In this document: positions 53,601-64,000 of the stretch, piece after piece
Numbering within the stretch: the stretch's first letter is position 1
Layout: each line of letters begins with the position of its first letter
Source of the DNA: Antedon mediterranea
Lineage: Eukaryota; Animalia; Echinodermata
Length of the DNA stretch: 64,000 nucleotides
Assembly: GCF_964355755.1 (NCBI RefSeq)
Contig: NC_092671.1
Coordinates: 39,318,304-39,382,303 of the forward strand
Direction: 5' to 3'
The notes under the pieces: model-generated
Databases searched by the model: none
Told to the model about the DNA's origin: nothing
What the model saw: only the letters and a program-made list of their open reading frames with translations
Made by a program: the position numbers and the translations under genes

Positions 53601-54935
53601 CTATTGAATGAATATATCTACAAATGTGTGATTATGTACTTACAACTAAAAAGTGTGAGAACTCTGAGTAAGAGAGTTGAGTCTTTCTGTTAGAACCAAA
53701 ATGATAAGTTACAAATGGACAGTCAAAGTTGAAAGGTATTCGTTGATGGATCTCCATTTGACTGAACACGTTCTTAAATTCATCTGAAATAAATCATCGA
53801 TAATTATTTAAATATTAAAATCAATTTAAGTGCATATTCTGGTAATGGCATAATTTATCCATTATAAAGGTCTACAAGTTTAATATTATGACCTTAATAA
53901 AATTACTTTACAAATATTCATTTATTGAATGCATGAGTTTTTGTAAAGATATATTTTTTTTTTCTATTTTTTTTTCAAATATGCCATTGTCACATAATAG
54001 CTATTGGCTTTGACCAAAAACTGGATCGAAAAAAAAAATATTTACCTGAAAAAAAAATTGTCTGTCAGACAATGGTTTGGTTAAAATGAACCATTTCTTT
54101 CGTCTTTTTAATTAAGCCCCCTTCTCACAGATGTGCCTGCAATATACCTGTATTATGCTGGCGTCGTGCCGGTATCGTTACCGGCATATACCCATTCTCA
54201 TCGGACTATTGTGCCGGAAATATAACCGGTATATACCGGCTTTCTGTGAGAAAGGAGTCGGGCATATTCGGCCAATAAAAAGTATCTGACAAAATAATTA
54301 TTGAGGGCGTCCTTTATTATTATTTTTGTCTAGCGATATATGGCGGCAAATTATAAGTCACAGATTATTATCTTTCTTTATAGCATATTTATGCAATACA
54401 TGCTATGTACAGTATATTGTGCATATATTATACAGGTACAGCAATTAATTAGCCGTCATCAGCAATCTGTAAAACACCTTAGAAGGCTGTACAATTTACA
54501 AGGCAAGGCGACGAAGGGTCAGGCACCAACAAACAAAGAGCTATGAATGGCCTATGTCTATAGATTATGCTACAAATTTCTTCTTGTCCCCTTATTTTAT
54601 TTTAAGCAGCTCTCTTATCTCATTATCCCTCCAGTTCGACATTATTATTGTTATTGTTAATTGAATTGGCGCCAAAGTGATACACTTGACCGCGCAAGGT
54701 GTCAAAGCCTCGACGGGGAATTAAATATAACCCCGGAATATAGCGGTGTTACGTTCTCACAGAATGCCCGTCTGGCATTGAGGGGAATATCCCTAGAATA
54801 TTACTAGGTCTAAAGCAGGTCATGTCGATGACGGCATGATGCTGGTATGATGCCAAGACGACACAGAAAACCATACCGGCATGGTAATGGTATATTCCAG
54901 GCACACAGCTCTGTGAGAAAGGGGCTTAAGTAAAA

Positions 54936-54967
<32 letters not shown>

Positions 54968-56702
54968 ACAGAAGTGAATAACTTGATTAAAACGTATTTA
55001 AAGTCTGATTTTCTTAATCTTCATTTTTCATGTTTTTAGGGGACAATACATCGTTAAAGAATTTACTAACCAAATGATACAAATCCAGATCCGTTGGTAT
55101 CAAACAATTGGAAGGCAACCATGTGTAAGGCATCTGGTGAACAGAGCAAGGCCTCAAAGGCTTGGAACTCTATGAACGATACCTTCCTATTAAAAGACAA
55201 CATTACAAAAATAGGTATTTAGCATCTAATATACATCTGTTTCAATGGTCAGAGAATAAAGTAAAGAGATTGAAATTTATGCTAACTTTCATTTTCATTT
55301 AGATTATTAATCATGAAATGATGGCAATCGTTTGTATTGTGGAAATGACTAAAAAGTAATTAATTTGAAATTGAATAGGTACATTGAAGGTTTTTGAAAT
55401 TTGTTGAAAATTATTTTGAAATGATATAACTAAGCTCAGAATCACCTGAATGAAACAGTTAGTGCGCAAATAAAATGTTGCCAATTTAATTAAGACAGTT
55501 AGTGGGAAATGGCTGTGGTCATGTTACAAAGCGAGTTAAGTTTGTCAATTAACAAAATTATCTGAGAACTTTTCCCATAAAACTCCTAGAAAGTAGGAAG
55601 CCTTTTGCCATTTCCCCCCTGACTGTATAGTAATGTACATATATTAATTAATTAACTAAATTAAGTCCAACACACAGATTATTAATTTGAAATTAGACAT
55701 TTTATAGTAATTTTTTTGTTTATAAATAAAAGTTGAAGTTATTTAATCTTCAAGAAATTGCATAATGCCACTTAAAATGTGTCAGAAACTTTCCCTTTCG
55801 TCTTTAAAAAAAAAAATTTAAGCTTGAAAGGAAAATAAAATGAAATGTACCCGTCTTTAGTCTGGTCCACAACTGACGCCAACAGCTTCATTGTGACGGG
55901 GTTGTAGTTTCTTTCAGGCTGCAATCCTAAATAATTACGGATAAGATCTTCTTGTGTCATAAATCTTTCACCCGTTTCACTTTCAATACTTGCATACTAA
56001 GAAAAGGAAAATTGACTTTTGGTGCAAAAAATTGGTTCCTTTCCTACTTCAACCTAAACTGAATTTTGCTGAATAAATAAGTTTTAATTAATCTTATTTT
56101 TGTTTAAAAAGATGTCGCCAATTTATTGCAGTCGTAATGTTATTCTAAATGTCTTACCTTGTGAAATATTTGCCGCAGTAATGTTGGATCTGCCCGTTTT
56201 ATTAGATGCAGTCCCTGTGAAATAATATTAATAACAATATTGAACTTTAAAAAAATTTAATATTATAGGCTGCAAACAAGGCCCAGTAGTGGCATATTAG
56301 TTAGGGGGTCTAGTAGGCCCACTAACTAGAATTAATTAATATTAAATAATAATTCAAAATAATAAAAATAATAATAATATTAAATAAAATTTAAAAATGT
56401 TTATTTAATATTTAAAATAATAAATAAAATATCTTGGTTGATCCGATGCGGCTGTCTCGACATTAGCTAGCTAGGCCTAGGTAGGCTTAGAAACAAATTT
56501 TCTATTTATTCTGAACAATAACATATATTTTATTCATTTATTATTTAAGCTAGGCCTAGGCCTATTGGGACGGTAGCTGTTTTTCTCGTTGATGATCACA
56601 ACCTCAGCCCAGCAGGGCAGGCCCCATCAGGTCAACAGCAAACAGACTTACCGTATTTTCAGCTGGAGAACACGATGCTTGCCGGAAACCTAGCAACGTC
56701 AT
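44680..56702 (-). CDS. SLC25A12: Calcium-binding mitochondrial aspartate/glutamate carrier (aralar/citrin, SLC25A12/13), 16 exons, ~678 aa
   Basis: complement join(56652..56702,56158..56214,55851..55996,55071..55186,53644..53783,52608..52754,52067..52205,51660..51753,50667..50818,48312..48467,47717..47850,47063..47203,46652..46790,45839..45997,45396..45486,44680..44854); 2037 nt, GT-AG. EF-hands ([21 protein letters not shown]), three carrier signatures ([33 protein letters not shown]), [20 protein letters not shown] and C-terminal [24 protein letters not shown]. Confidence 0.96.
44956..45288. mobile_element. MITE family B copy
   Basis: AGCATGGTTTCCACTAG...CTAGTGGGAACCACACT; colinear with 5130-5333 plus an internal insert. 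Confidence 0.7.
46092..46390 (-). mobile_element. tRNA-headed SINE with Deu/Nin-like core
   Basis: On -: A box TGGCCGAGCA, B box GGTTCGAGGC, core CGGATAAGGACTATAAACCGTAGGTCC...TTAAAGAACC...TACCCCGGTGT resembling the recalled DeuSINE domain, and a LINE-like tail. Confidence 0.75.
46461..46607. mobile_element. MITE family A copy
   Basis: Both TIRs present. Confidence 0.75.
46848..47005. mobile_element. MITE family A copy
   Basis: Both TIRs present. Confidence 0.8.
47246..47509 (+). mobile_element. SINE family S2 copy with a quadruplicated B-box segment
   Basis: Head GGAGCTGTAGCTTGGTGGTTAAC, then 4 x 24-bp AAGGTTCAATCCTGACCTAGTGTC. Confidence 0.7.
48044..48294 (+). mobile_element. Deu-like SINE, second copy
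   Basis: Reverse-complement match to 46092-46390, truncated at the 3' end. Confidence 0.75.
48807..49949. mobile_element. 1.14-kb non-autonomous TIR element with internally repetitive TIRs and 8-bp TSD
   Basis: Inverted arrays of CAAGTCGGCCCC/CAACTCGGCCT at ~48817-48961 and ~49811-49939; ATAATGAG duplicated at 48799-48806 and 49950-49957. Confidence 0.8.
50957..51089. mobile_element. MITE family A copy
   Basis: Both TIRs, TAA TSD. Confidence 0.8.
51384..51643. mobile_element. 260-bp MITE with AG(A/G)GACTTTACG TIR
   Basis: ~22-bp imperfect TIR; ends 16 bp from SLC25A12 exon 8. Confidence 0.65.
54115..54926. mobile_element. 812-bp Harbinger-like non-autonomous element
   Basis: TTA|AGCCCCCTTCTCACAGA...TCTGTGAGAAAGGGGCT|TAA; CpG-rich inside a CpG-poor intron. 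Confidence 0.75.
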
Positions 56703-57249
56703 ATTTGCTCTTTACAATCACAATGTTAATAGAAAAAATGACTCTAAGTATTGGAAAAAATGAGTATTTTAACAGACAATACGCTACAAAAACAACCAAG
56801 GACGAGTCGAAATGTCTTCTTCACTTTACTTCGCTCGTCGCGATCGAAAGACCAAAAACAACCCGGCATCCCCTGGAAGAACTTTCCTTATTTGGAAACA
56901 TTATTCCCATATTAGGATAACTCATGAGATTACTACGTTTTCATTGGTTGTCAGTAGAATAAGTTGCATGACATATTAGGACCAGGGTCAAAACTAAAAT
57001 ATTCTTTTTAATTTTATTAAAATGTATATTTTTACGTGGACTTGTATATTAAATATCGTATTTGGGTAGCATATTAGTTTAACGTTTAACTGTTATCCAT
57101 ATATTAGTTTTTTTTAAAATTAAAATTGTATCGGTGATGTTTATAATATAAATCGTATATCACACAGCCTCGATCTGGTGTGTGGTGGCGCGCTCTGTGG
57201 CCAATGAACTTTTTTTACAAAAACTAAAAAACGCGCGACACGACTGCGA

Positions 57250-58265
57250 CACACGAGGTATATTCAGAGCATCATTCTGACGACTGGAGCATTCTCTACT
57301 TCTCTACGGCGCGCCATTTATGCCTTTATTAACTTCAATAATAGAAATAGTACTACGGTAACTGCTCAAGTGGACCCAATTTAGCACCAGGGTAGCACAG
57401 TGATATAAAATAGAAATAAAAGTCACTACTTTTAATATCGTTTCGTATATACCCATATCACAAACTGACAAACAGAAACATCTTGGTATTCACATTGATT
57501 CAAATTTATCTTTTTCTTTTCATGTAAATAAACACATATCCATACTCCTCTATAACACTATAATCCTCCCACACATTGACTATTGATGTAGTGTTTGGGG
57601 AATCAGATCGAATATTGACCGAATACAGACCATTCAAAATAGAGCACTTCGCATTATCCTTAAAGCTCATCTTCTCACACCCTAACCCTAACACCAACAT
57701 TTACAACACCTTAAATCTTCATTCAGTCCAAGATTTCATATACATCTACAACTGAGCTGCCTTGCCTACAGGTCTGCAAATGGTCTTGCTCCGGAATACC
57801 TTGCCCTGCGTCTTGCCAGAATTCCAAATCATCGATGTACCCGAAGTGTCAGTGGGAGGAAATTTGTCGTCCCTTTCCCTAAAACTGAAACTTTTAAGAA
57901 CAGCTTCATCTATGCTACCCACCAAACTAAGAAATGCGGTATAATCCCAAAAGAAAAAACTCAACGTTTTTAGGGTCACCCTCACAAAATAAGGTTTAAT
58001 AAAAAAATAATATAATAATATCTTTTCGTATGTTAATACAATGTGTTCAAGTGGACCCAATTTGGCCCCAGTGGGAGCACAGTGATATAAAATAGAAATA
58101 AAGTTACTAAATTTTAATATCTTTTCGTATAAAAAACTGTGCTCAAGTGGACACAATTTGGTACCAGGGGAGCAGTGATATAAAATAGAAATAAAGTCAC
58201 TCAAGTTTCAATCTTTTCGTATGTTAATACACTGTGCTCAAGTGGACCCAATTTGGCGCCAGTGG
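57250..58265 (+). repeat. Repeat element with ~96-98-bp internal tandem units, interrupted by a LINE fragment
   Basis: Units CTGTGCTCAAGTGGACCCAATTTGG...CACAGTGATATAAAATAGAAATAA at ~57361, 58042, 58137 and 58232; reverse-complement match to 63095-63575. Confidence 0.8.
57451..58010 (+). mobile_element. Degraded CR1/L2-group LINE reverse-transcriptase C-terminal fragment
   Basis: Broken frames give KHLGIHIDSNLSF, ILPHIDY*CSVWG and NIDRIQTIQNRALRIIL; A-rich tail. Confidence 0.8.
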
Positions 58266-59664
58266 ATTTTTTTTTAATGGAAAATAATGAATATTGTTTT
58301 TCTTTTATTTTGAAAGAGAGATATTTTGAGGATTGTAAATGTCAAGTGGAACTTTTTTTTAAATCAGAAACAAAGTTGCATGGCATTATTTTTCCATTAA
58401 ATAGACTGCCATAAAACCTCGAAAAGAAGCCCATGTGCTCCTTCATTTTTAGTACTCTTGGGTGGGTTTCTTTTCCACATGGAGTTCTTTTTGAGATTAC
58501 TTTTGCAAACTAAACGAGGGGAACTGCTAACATCCCGCCCGGAAAATATTTTATTTACATGATTTGAACAATCTTCTAATGTAAATAATTAACAGCATCA
58601 AAATTTAACAGTGTGGCGTGTTGACCGCGAATGACTAACATACCATCTTTACCATAATACACCTGCACAGACTCATGGCATAACAACGCACGCACATACC
58701 AAACTGTTTAAAATAGAGCTGCAAGGTACCCGAAAATGACATCTATTATGTTTTCAAACAACATGTATAAGAATCTTGAGTACCCCACCATGCTTGGGGC
58801 TGAGCAAAGACAATTTTGAAAAAAAGAGCTGTATACAGTAGGTTCCCCCCGTCCGAAAAAATGGCGTTACATTATTTGAATGAAACAAACTATATAAAAC
58901 TCACCAGGACAATATATGAGCTTGTCCTCGGAAAGTGCATCTATTCATTGAAATATAAAATTAAATATTAAGTCTCCAGTACTAGCCCATCCATGGTTGA
59001 GGCAGAGCAATGAAAATAGAGCCCAGAAATGCACTTACTTATACTTATTACTATACATAGTCACCTATGATAATTATGATAATGTTAAAATTTCAACTAT
59101 CCAGATGCGACTTCAACATTTTAGGTGGGGTTTTCTACTTTAAAAACTCGACTTCGTTGTAAAAATTTAGTTAAGTAATTTATGTAAAAGGGGCTGGACT
59201 TGATTAGTGTTTACACTATTTTCTAGCTCCTTCCTTATGTTTTAAAATTTAATATTATTTATCATTGTAAAACAACATTGGAAAATAAAGTTGAAGTTGA
59301 AGTTGAAGTATATGCCTATGGCCTAGCCCGGCGGCGGAATTAGTCTAAGCTTCGAAATTGGTCTGGAAATCGGCATCTTTGCAAATGTTCTATATTTGAT
59401 CTTATTTTACTCTCCATTAACCCCATACAAAAACCATCAGAGACTATCTGTTTAAAACATGTTTCTGTGACGGTGCGGCCATACACACCAACTACTATTA
59501 TCGGACATTTCGCTACCAATGTTGCACCATTGATTAACAAAGTCAAAATTTAACAGTGGGGCGCGTTGACCGCGAATGACTAACAATACCATCTTTCCCA
59601 CTACACCTGCACAAACTCATTTGCATAACAACGAACGGCATACCAAAGTATGATGAGCGATACA

Positions 59665-60753
59665 GGGTGTCACGAAAGCTCAGACCACGAAAGCTCAGAC
59701 CCCCTAAGACCTAAGATCACGAAAGCTAAGACCCAACACCTAAGATTACAAATATTTATCTTTCGCACCTGCCTTGTATTTTAACTCCCAACATTTATTC
59801 TGAATACCACACCTTAGAATTGGCACTTTCATGAAAAAGAATCACATAAAAAGTAACAAATACATTTTTAAATTGATGATTTTACAGACGTTTTTCTCGC
59901 ACACAAAATGACTAGCCTACAGTACAGTAGGCCTACCCCATGGGCCATGTTCGGAATGTTTTTGTTTCTATGGAACGTAAAAAGAGCAAAAATTATATAG
60001 AGGGCTGAAAACTCTGTGGAGTCCATCTACAGTGTGGATGGAACAATGTAAAATTAAAATTGTAATGATAATAGTATAATCATGCAAGTACAAAGAAATA
60101 AATACTGGCAAATAAATTTTAATTTAAAAATCATGATAAGTTTTTTTGTTTCGTTTTCTTTCTGTTTTTATACTTGTACTATTATTGTTGCTCTTTTGGC
60201 GCTCCATAGAAACAAAAACATTGAGCATGGGGGGAGCTCGAGGAGTTACATTGTCATTACAGTATACAAAGAAACACATCTGTAAAATCATCAATTTAAA
60301 GGATTTATTTATTTGTTATTATGTGTTTCTCCTTCTGAAAGTACTTATAAGTCCTAATTTTAAAGTGTGTGTTCAGGATAAAGTTAGTCAACAAATTTGG
60401 AGTCAAAATACAAGAAAGGCAGGTGCGTAAGAAAAACATCCTCTGAAGCAACACAATGGAGTAAATATATACCAACAAACAACCCGTCAAGTTTGTTTGT
60501 TGTAAAGAAAAAATATACATTTACTCAACGGGCGAAAATAATGTGAGTTTATCTATGTTTTGCGGTAGTATTAAATTATATTTATGGTAATAAATGAAAC
60601 CTACTGTGTTTAAAATTATGTATGGATAAACAAGTATTGTTTTTAAGCTGTAGTATATCTTAGTATTTGTAATCTTAGGTGTTGGGTCTTAGCTTTCGTG
60701 ATCTTAGGTCTTAGGGGGTCTGAGCTTTCGTGGTCTGAGCTTTCGTGACACCC
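59665..60753. mobile_element. 1.09-kb TIR element with GGGTGTCACGAAAGCTCAGACC ends
   Basis: ~88-bp perfect TIR with internal CACGAAAGCT repeats; imperfect inverted similarity continues inward. Confidence 0.8.
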
Positions 60754-61133
60754 TGTTCCATCCACTCCACACTGTAGATGGACTCCACAGAGTTTTCAGC
60801 CCTCTATATAATTTTTGCTCTTTTGACGTTCCATAGAAACAAAAACATTGAACATGGGGTAGGCCTACTGTAGTACTGTAGGCTAGTCATTTTGTGTGCG
60901 AGAAAAACGTCTGTAAAATCATCAATTTAAAAATGTATTTGTTACTTTTTATGTGATTCTTTTTCATGAAAGTGCCAATTCTAAGGTGTGGTATTCAGAA
61001 TAAATGTTGGGAGTTAAAATACAAGGCAGGTGCGAAAGATAAATATTTGTAATCTTAGGTGTTGGGTCTTAGCTTTCGTGATCTTAGGTCTTAGGGGGTC
61101 TGAGCTTTCGTGGTCTGAGCTTTCGTGACACCC
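60754..61133 (-). mobile_element. Inverted copy of the left ~380 bp of the adjacent element
   Basis: Near-identical reverse complement of 59665-60045. Confidence 0.85.
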
Positions 61134-61566
61134 CTGCAGTAGCCTTGGGTTCGTTTCCACCACATCATTACCAGATGCATTGCTAGTGCCTTCTCAAGAT
61201 GTGTGGTGGAATTCTATGAACCCCAAACACAGTGGTCGCATACCTTTAACTCTATTCCACCGAAATTAATTCTCTTTTAAACACGTAACGAAGAGATTTA
61301 ATTCCCTTTTTTTACATTAAAATAAATTGAGGGCGCTAAACATAAAATTTAAACCACCAAAGCAGTTTGCGAGAGCCAAAAAAAAAGAGATGGTAAATGT
61401 GCTCTCCCTGCCTCAGCACTAAGGCCCTGCCACAGCATTTTGGGGTCGTTTCCACCACATCACCAGATGCATTGATGTTGTCGCCTCATGATGTGTGGAG
61501 GAAAGGGGGACGTATGATATGTGAACCCCAAACACAGTGGCTCACATAGCCTTAACTCTATTCCAC

Positions 61567-62870
61567 CATGGATTAAAGAATAGAAGGATATGCATCGACG
61601 TGAGATCAAGGGTTCCTTGACTCTCGCCGACAGACCGCGGACCGCCCACAATGTTACAGTTTAATTAACCGCATGGTAACAACGAAACGGTCGCGTGCCT
61701 AATATATTGTTTACTGCACATGTGCAACGACATTTAACCTTGTTGGCTACTACGCTTCTTTCGCGCGTTCTTTGGTGGCATGATGTTTGTAGATGGTCAA
61801 CTATTGACTATGTTGGTTTCTGCCGCGATTGATCTACGCTAATGATTTTTTTATGATGATTAAAGTAGCATTTTATGACCTGTAGTAGCCCTACATCTGA
61901 GACAATAACTATTAGTTGTCTCATTTGTTGTAAAATTACAAAATCAGCAAGAATGCTAGCCTAGCTAGGCCCAGGCCTTGTACTAACTAGGCTAAACTGG
62001 GCTAGTAAACCCTATGATTTGCCGACATTGATACTGCCTAGGTAGGCCTAGGCTAATCTTAAATACTCACCGTTGTCTTACTTCTTGTGTGAATAATAAT
62101 AATAGGTAGGCCTACTTCGTTTGTTCGTGATCAAGTTTGCCCTGCGTGTACTTTTCAAAACGACCGCTAGGTAACGAATCGCAACTATACATAGCCAGCC
62201 AATCCCGGATCAGGGATCGCTGTTTTCATTCAATTAGGCCCGGTGATTGGATGTGATGTGGATGACATAACCACTAGCCAATCACCAGGCACTACAGTTT
62301 AAATATAATCACATCGATAATTAAGGAGATTTATGAAGAAACCACTGCTTAGCCATATATTAAAAAACACGATTGTTGTATGTCTGAACACCGGCCACGC
62401 TAACAACATACATGGTCAAATGCATAATTTAATATTCTATAGATTAACGCAATTTTTAATGACAGAAGATGGCAGGCAAATAATGATAATTCAAATATAA
62501 AAATGGCATATTTTATTAATATTACCAACTACCTAAAATTACCAGTCGTAAGAAAGTGAACTTTTCGTAGTCCGATTGTGATGAAACTAAAACAGAATTA
62601 TTCAGCAATATATGTTTGTTATCAATTAATCATCGACGCAGACATGTCAATAGAACATTCAGACTGCGCATACGATTTCTACATGGTTACGTTTTGGTCT
62701 CAAAAAATGTAACAGTTGATTCGCAGCGTTTTACAGAGGGCCGCGGTTAGAGACACGGAGTTCAATGAACGTGTTTGTTTGATTGGCAGCAGTGCTTTAG
62801 TATAGGCAAGCGCGTTGTAAAATCGTTTGATGTCACCGTCGATGCATATCCTTCTATTCTTTAATCCATG
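61567..62870. mobile_element. P-superfamily-like non-autonomous element, 1304 bp
   Basis: 34-bp perfect TIR CATGGATTAAAGAATAGAAGGATATGCATCGACG; 7-bp TSD ATTCCAC at 61560-61566 and 62871-62877; no transposase ORF. Confidence 0.85.
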
Positions 62871-63094
62871 ATTCCACCAACCAGCACGTACACGTATAAA
62901 TAGACTATTATCAGCTTTTCAGTCATGTACTTGGTGGCGTAACGGGTAATGCTCAGTTTTGAGTGCTATCGGCTGGGGTTCGAACCTCGACGGATATTTT
63001 TATTTTTTTTGTATATTGTTTTTTTTTTAAATAGAGATATGTGACACTGTATTGTCGAACATGTATGGTACCATACCGGTAGGTATTCAAATAT

Positions 63095-63575
63095 GCTTAA
63101 TACGAAAAGATTCAGTGACTTATTTCTATTTTATATCACTGTGCTCCACTGGCTCCAAGTTGGGTCCACTCGAGCACAGTGTATTAACATACGAAAAGAT
63201 ATTAAAATACCGTGAATTATTTCTATTTTATATCACTGTGCTCGCCTGGTGCAAAATTGGGTACACTTGAGTACATTTTACTAAAATACGAAAAGATATT
63301 ACAATTCAGTGACTTATTTCTATTTTATATCACCGTGCTCCACTGACGCCAAATTGGGTCCACTTTAGCACAGTGTATTAACATACGAAAAGATATTAAA
63401 ATTAGTGACTTATTTCTATTTTATCACTGTGCTCCACTGGTGCTAAATTTGGTCCACTGAACCAGTTACCGTAGTACTATTTCTATTTCGGAAGTAAATA
63501 AAGGCATAAATGGCGCTCCGTAGAAGTAGAGAATGCTCGATCGTCGAAATGACGTTCTGAATACACCTCCTCGAC
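63095..63575 (-). repeat. Inverted counterpart of 57250-58265 with about 4 tandem units
   Basis: Shares the unique leader (GAGCATTCTCTACTTC...ATAGTACTACGGTAACTG) and the ~97-bp units. Confidence 0.8.
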
Positions 63576-63587
63576 ACACAACAAAGC

Positions 63588-63792
63588 TAGTCAAGTCGCC
63601 CCATCGCAAAGTCGCCCCATACAAAGTCGCCCCATACACAGTCGCCCCATCGCAAAGTCGCCCCAAAACAAAGTCGCCCTGACACAGTCGCCCCATTGCA
63701 AAGTCGCCCCATCGCAAAGTCGCCCCAACGCAAAGTCGCCCCATCGCAAAGTCGCCCCAACACAAAGTCGCCCCATCGCAAAGTCGCCCCAA
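63588..63792. repeat. ~16-bp tandem repeat (CAAAGTCGCCCCATCG)n, likely a transposon subterminal array
   Basis: About 12 units resembling the TIR arrays of 48807-49949. The partner end is probably beyond the window. Confidence 0.75.
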
Positions 63793-64000
63793 AACGTTAA
63801 AAAATAGTTTAAAAGTGCGTAAAATGTCGCAATGATACACAAAATAACACGGGAATAAAAGGGGAAGCCCCGCCATGTAGTCTCAGGTCACATGATCGGC
63901 ACGCTCCCCAATCATCAGAGAGGAAGCCCCCAACTAATCACTCCGCGGTCGCACTAAAGTGCTAGCTCTCACCAGAGAGGGAAACCCCCGTAATTACTCC

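Noticed and set aside
61600-62836. THAP or transposase coding remnant inside the P-like element
   Set aside because: No ORF or C2CH motif could be recognised by eye.
63466-63876. ORFs with repeated WGDFAMGRLC / GATL peptides
   Set aside because: Translations of the 16-bp tandem repeat in several frames; no gene structure.

Overview
AT-rich, intron-rich animal genomic DNA, probably an invertebrate deuterostome such as an echinoderm (inferred from a Deu-domain SINE, TAGGCCTA enrichment and mosaic CpG depletion). Three spliced protein-coding genes were reconstructed by hand with GT-AG junctions and consistent phases: SPMIP4/C7orf31-like (+, 8 exons, 1262-17605, ~774 aa), RUSC2/iporin-like RUN+SH3 protein (-, 10 coding exons, 40965-22627, ~1642 aa) and aralar/citrin SLC25A12/13 (-, 16 exons, 56702-44680, ~678 aa). 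SPMIP4 intron 1 holds two tRNA-Gln genes and a third copy lacking its anticodon arm. Introns and intergenic DNA are dense with non-autonomous DNA transposons (Harbinger-, Kolobok-, hAT- and P-like), SINEs, LINE remnants and minisatellites. Main leads: a P-like element with three apparent excision footprints (7-bp TSDs), phase-compatible alternative first exons in SPMIP4 intron 2, the anticodon-less tRNA, a degenerate RUSC SH3, and an inverted half-copy next to a TIR element. No transposase ORF or CRISPR was found. Homology calls are from recalled sequences, not database searches.
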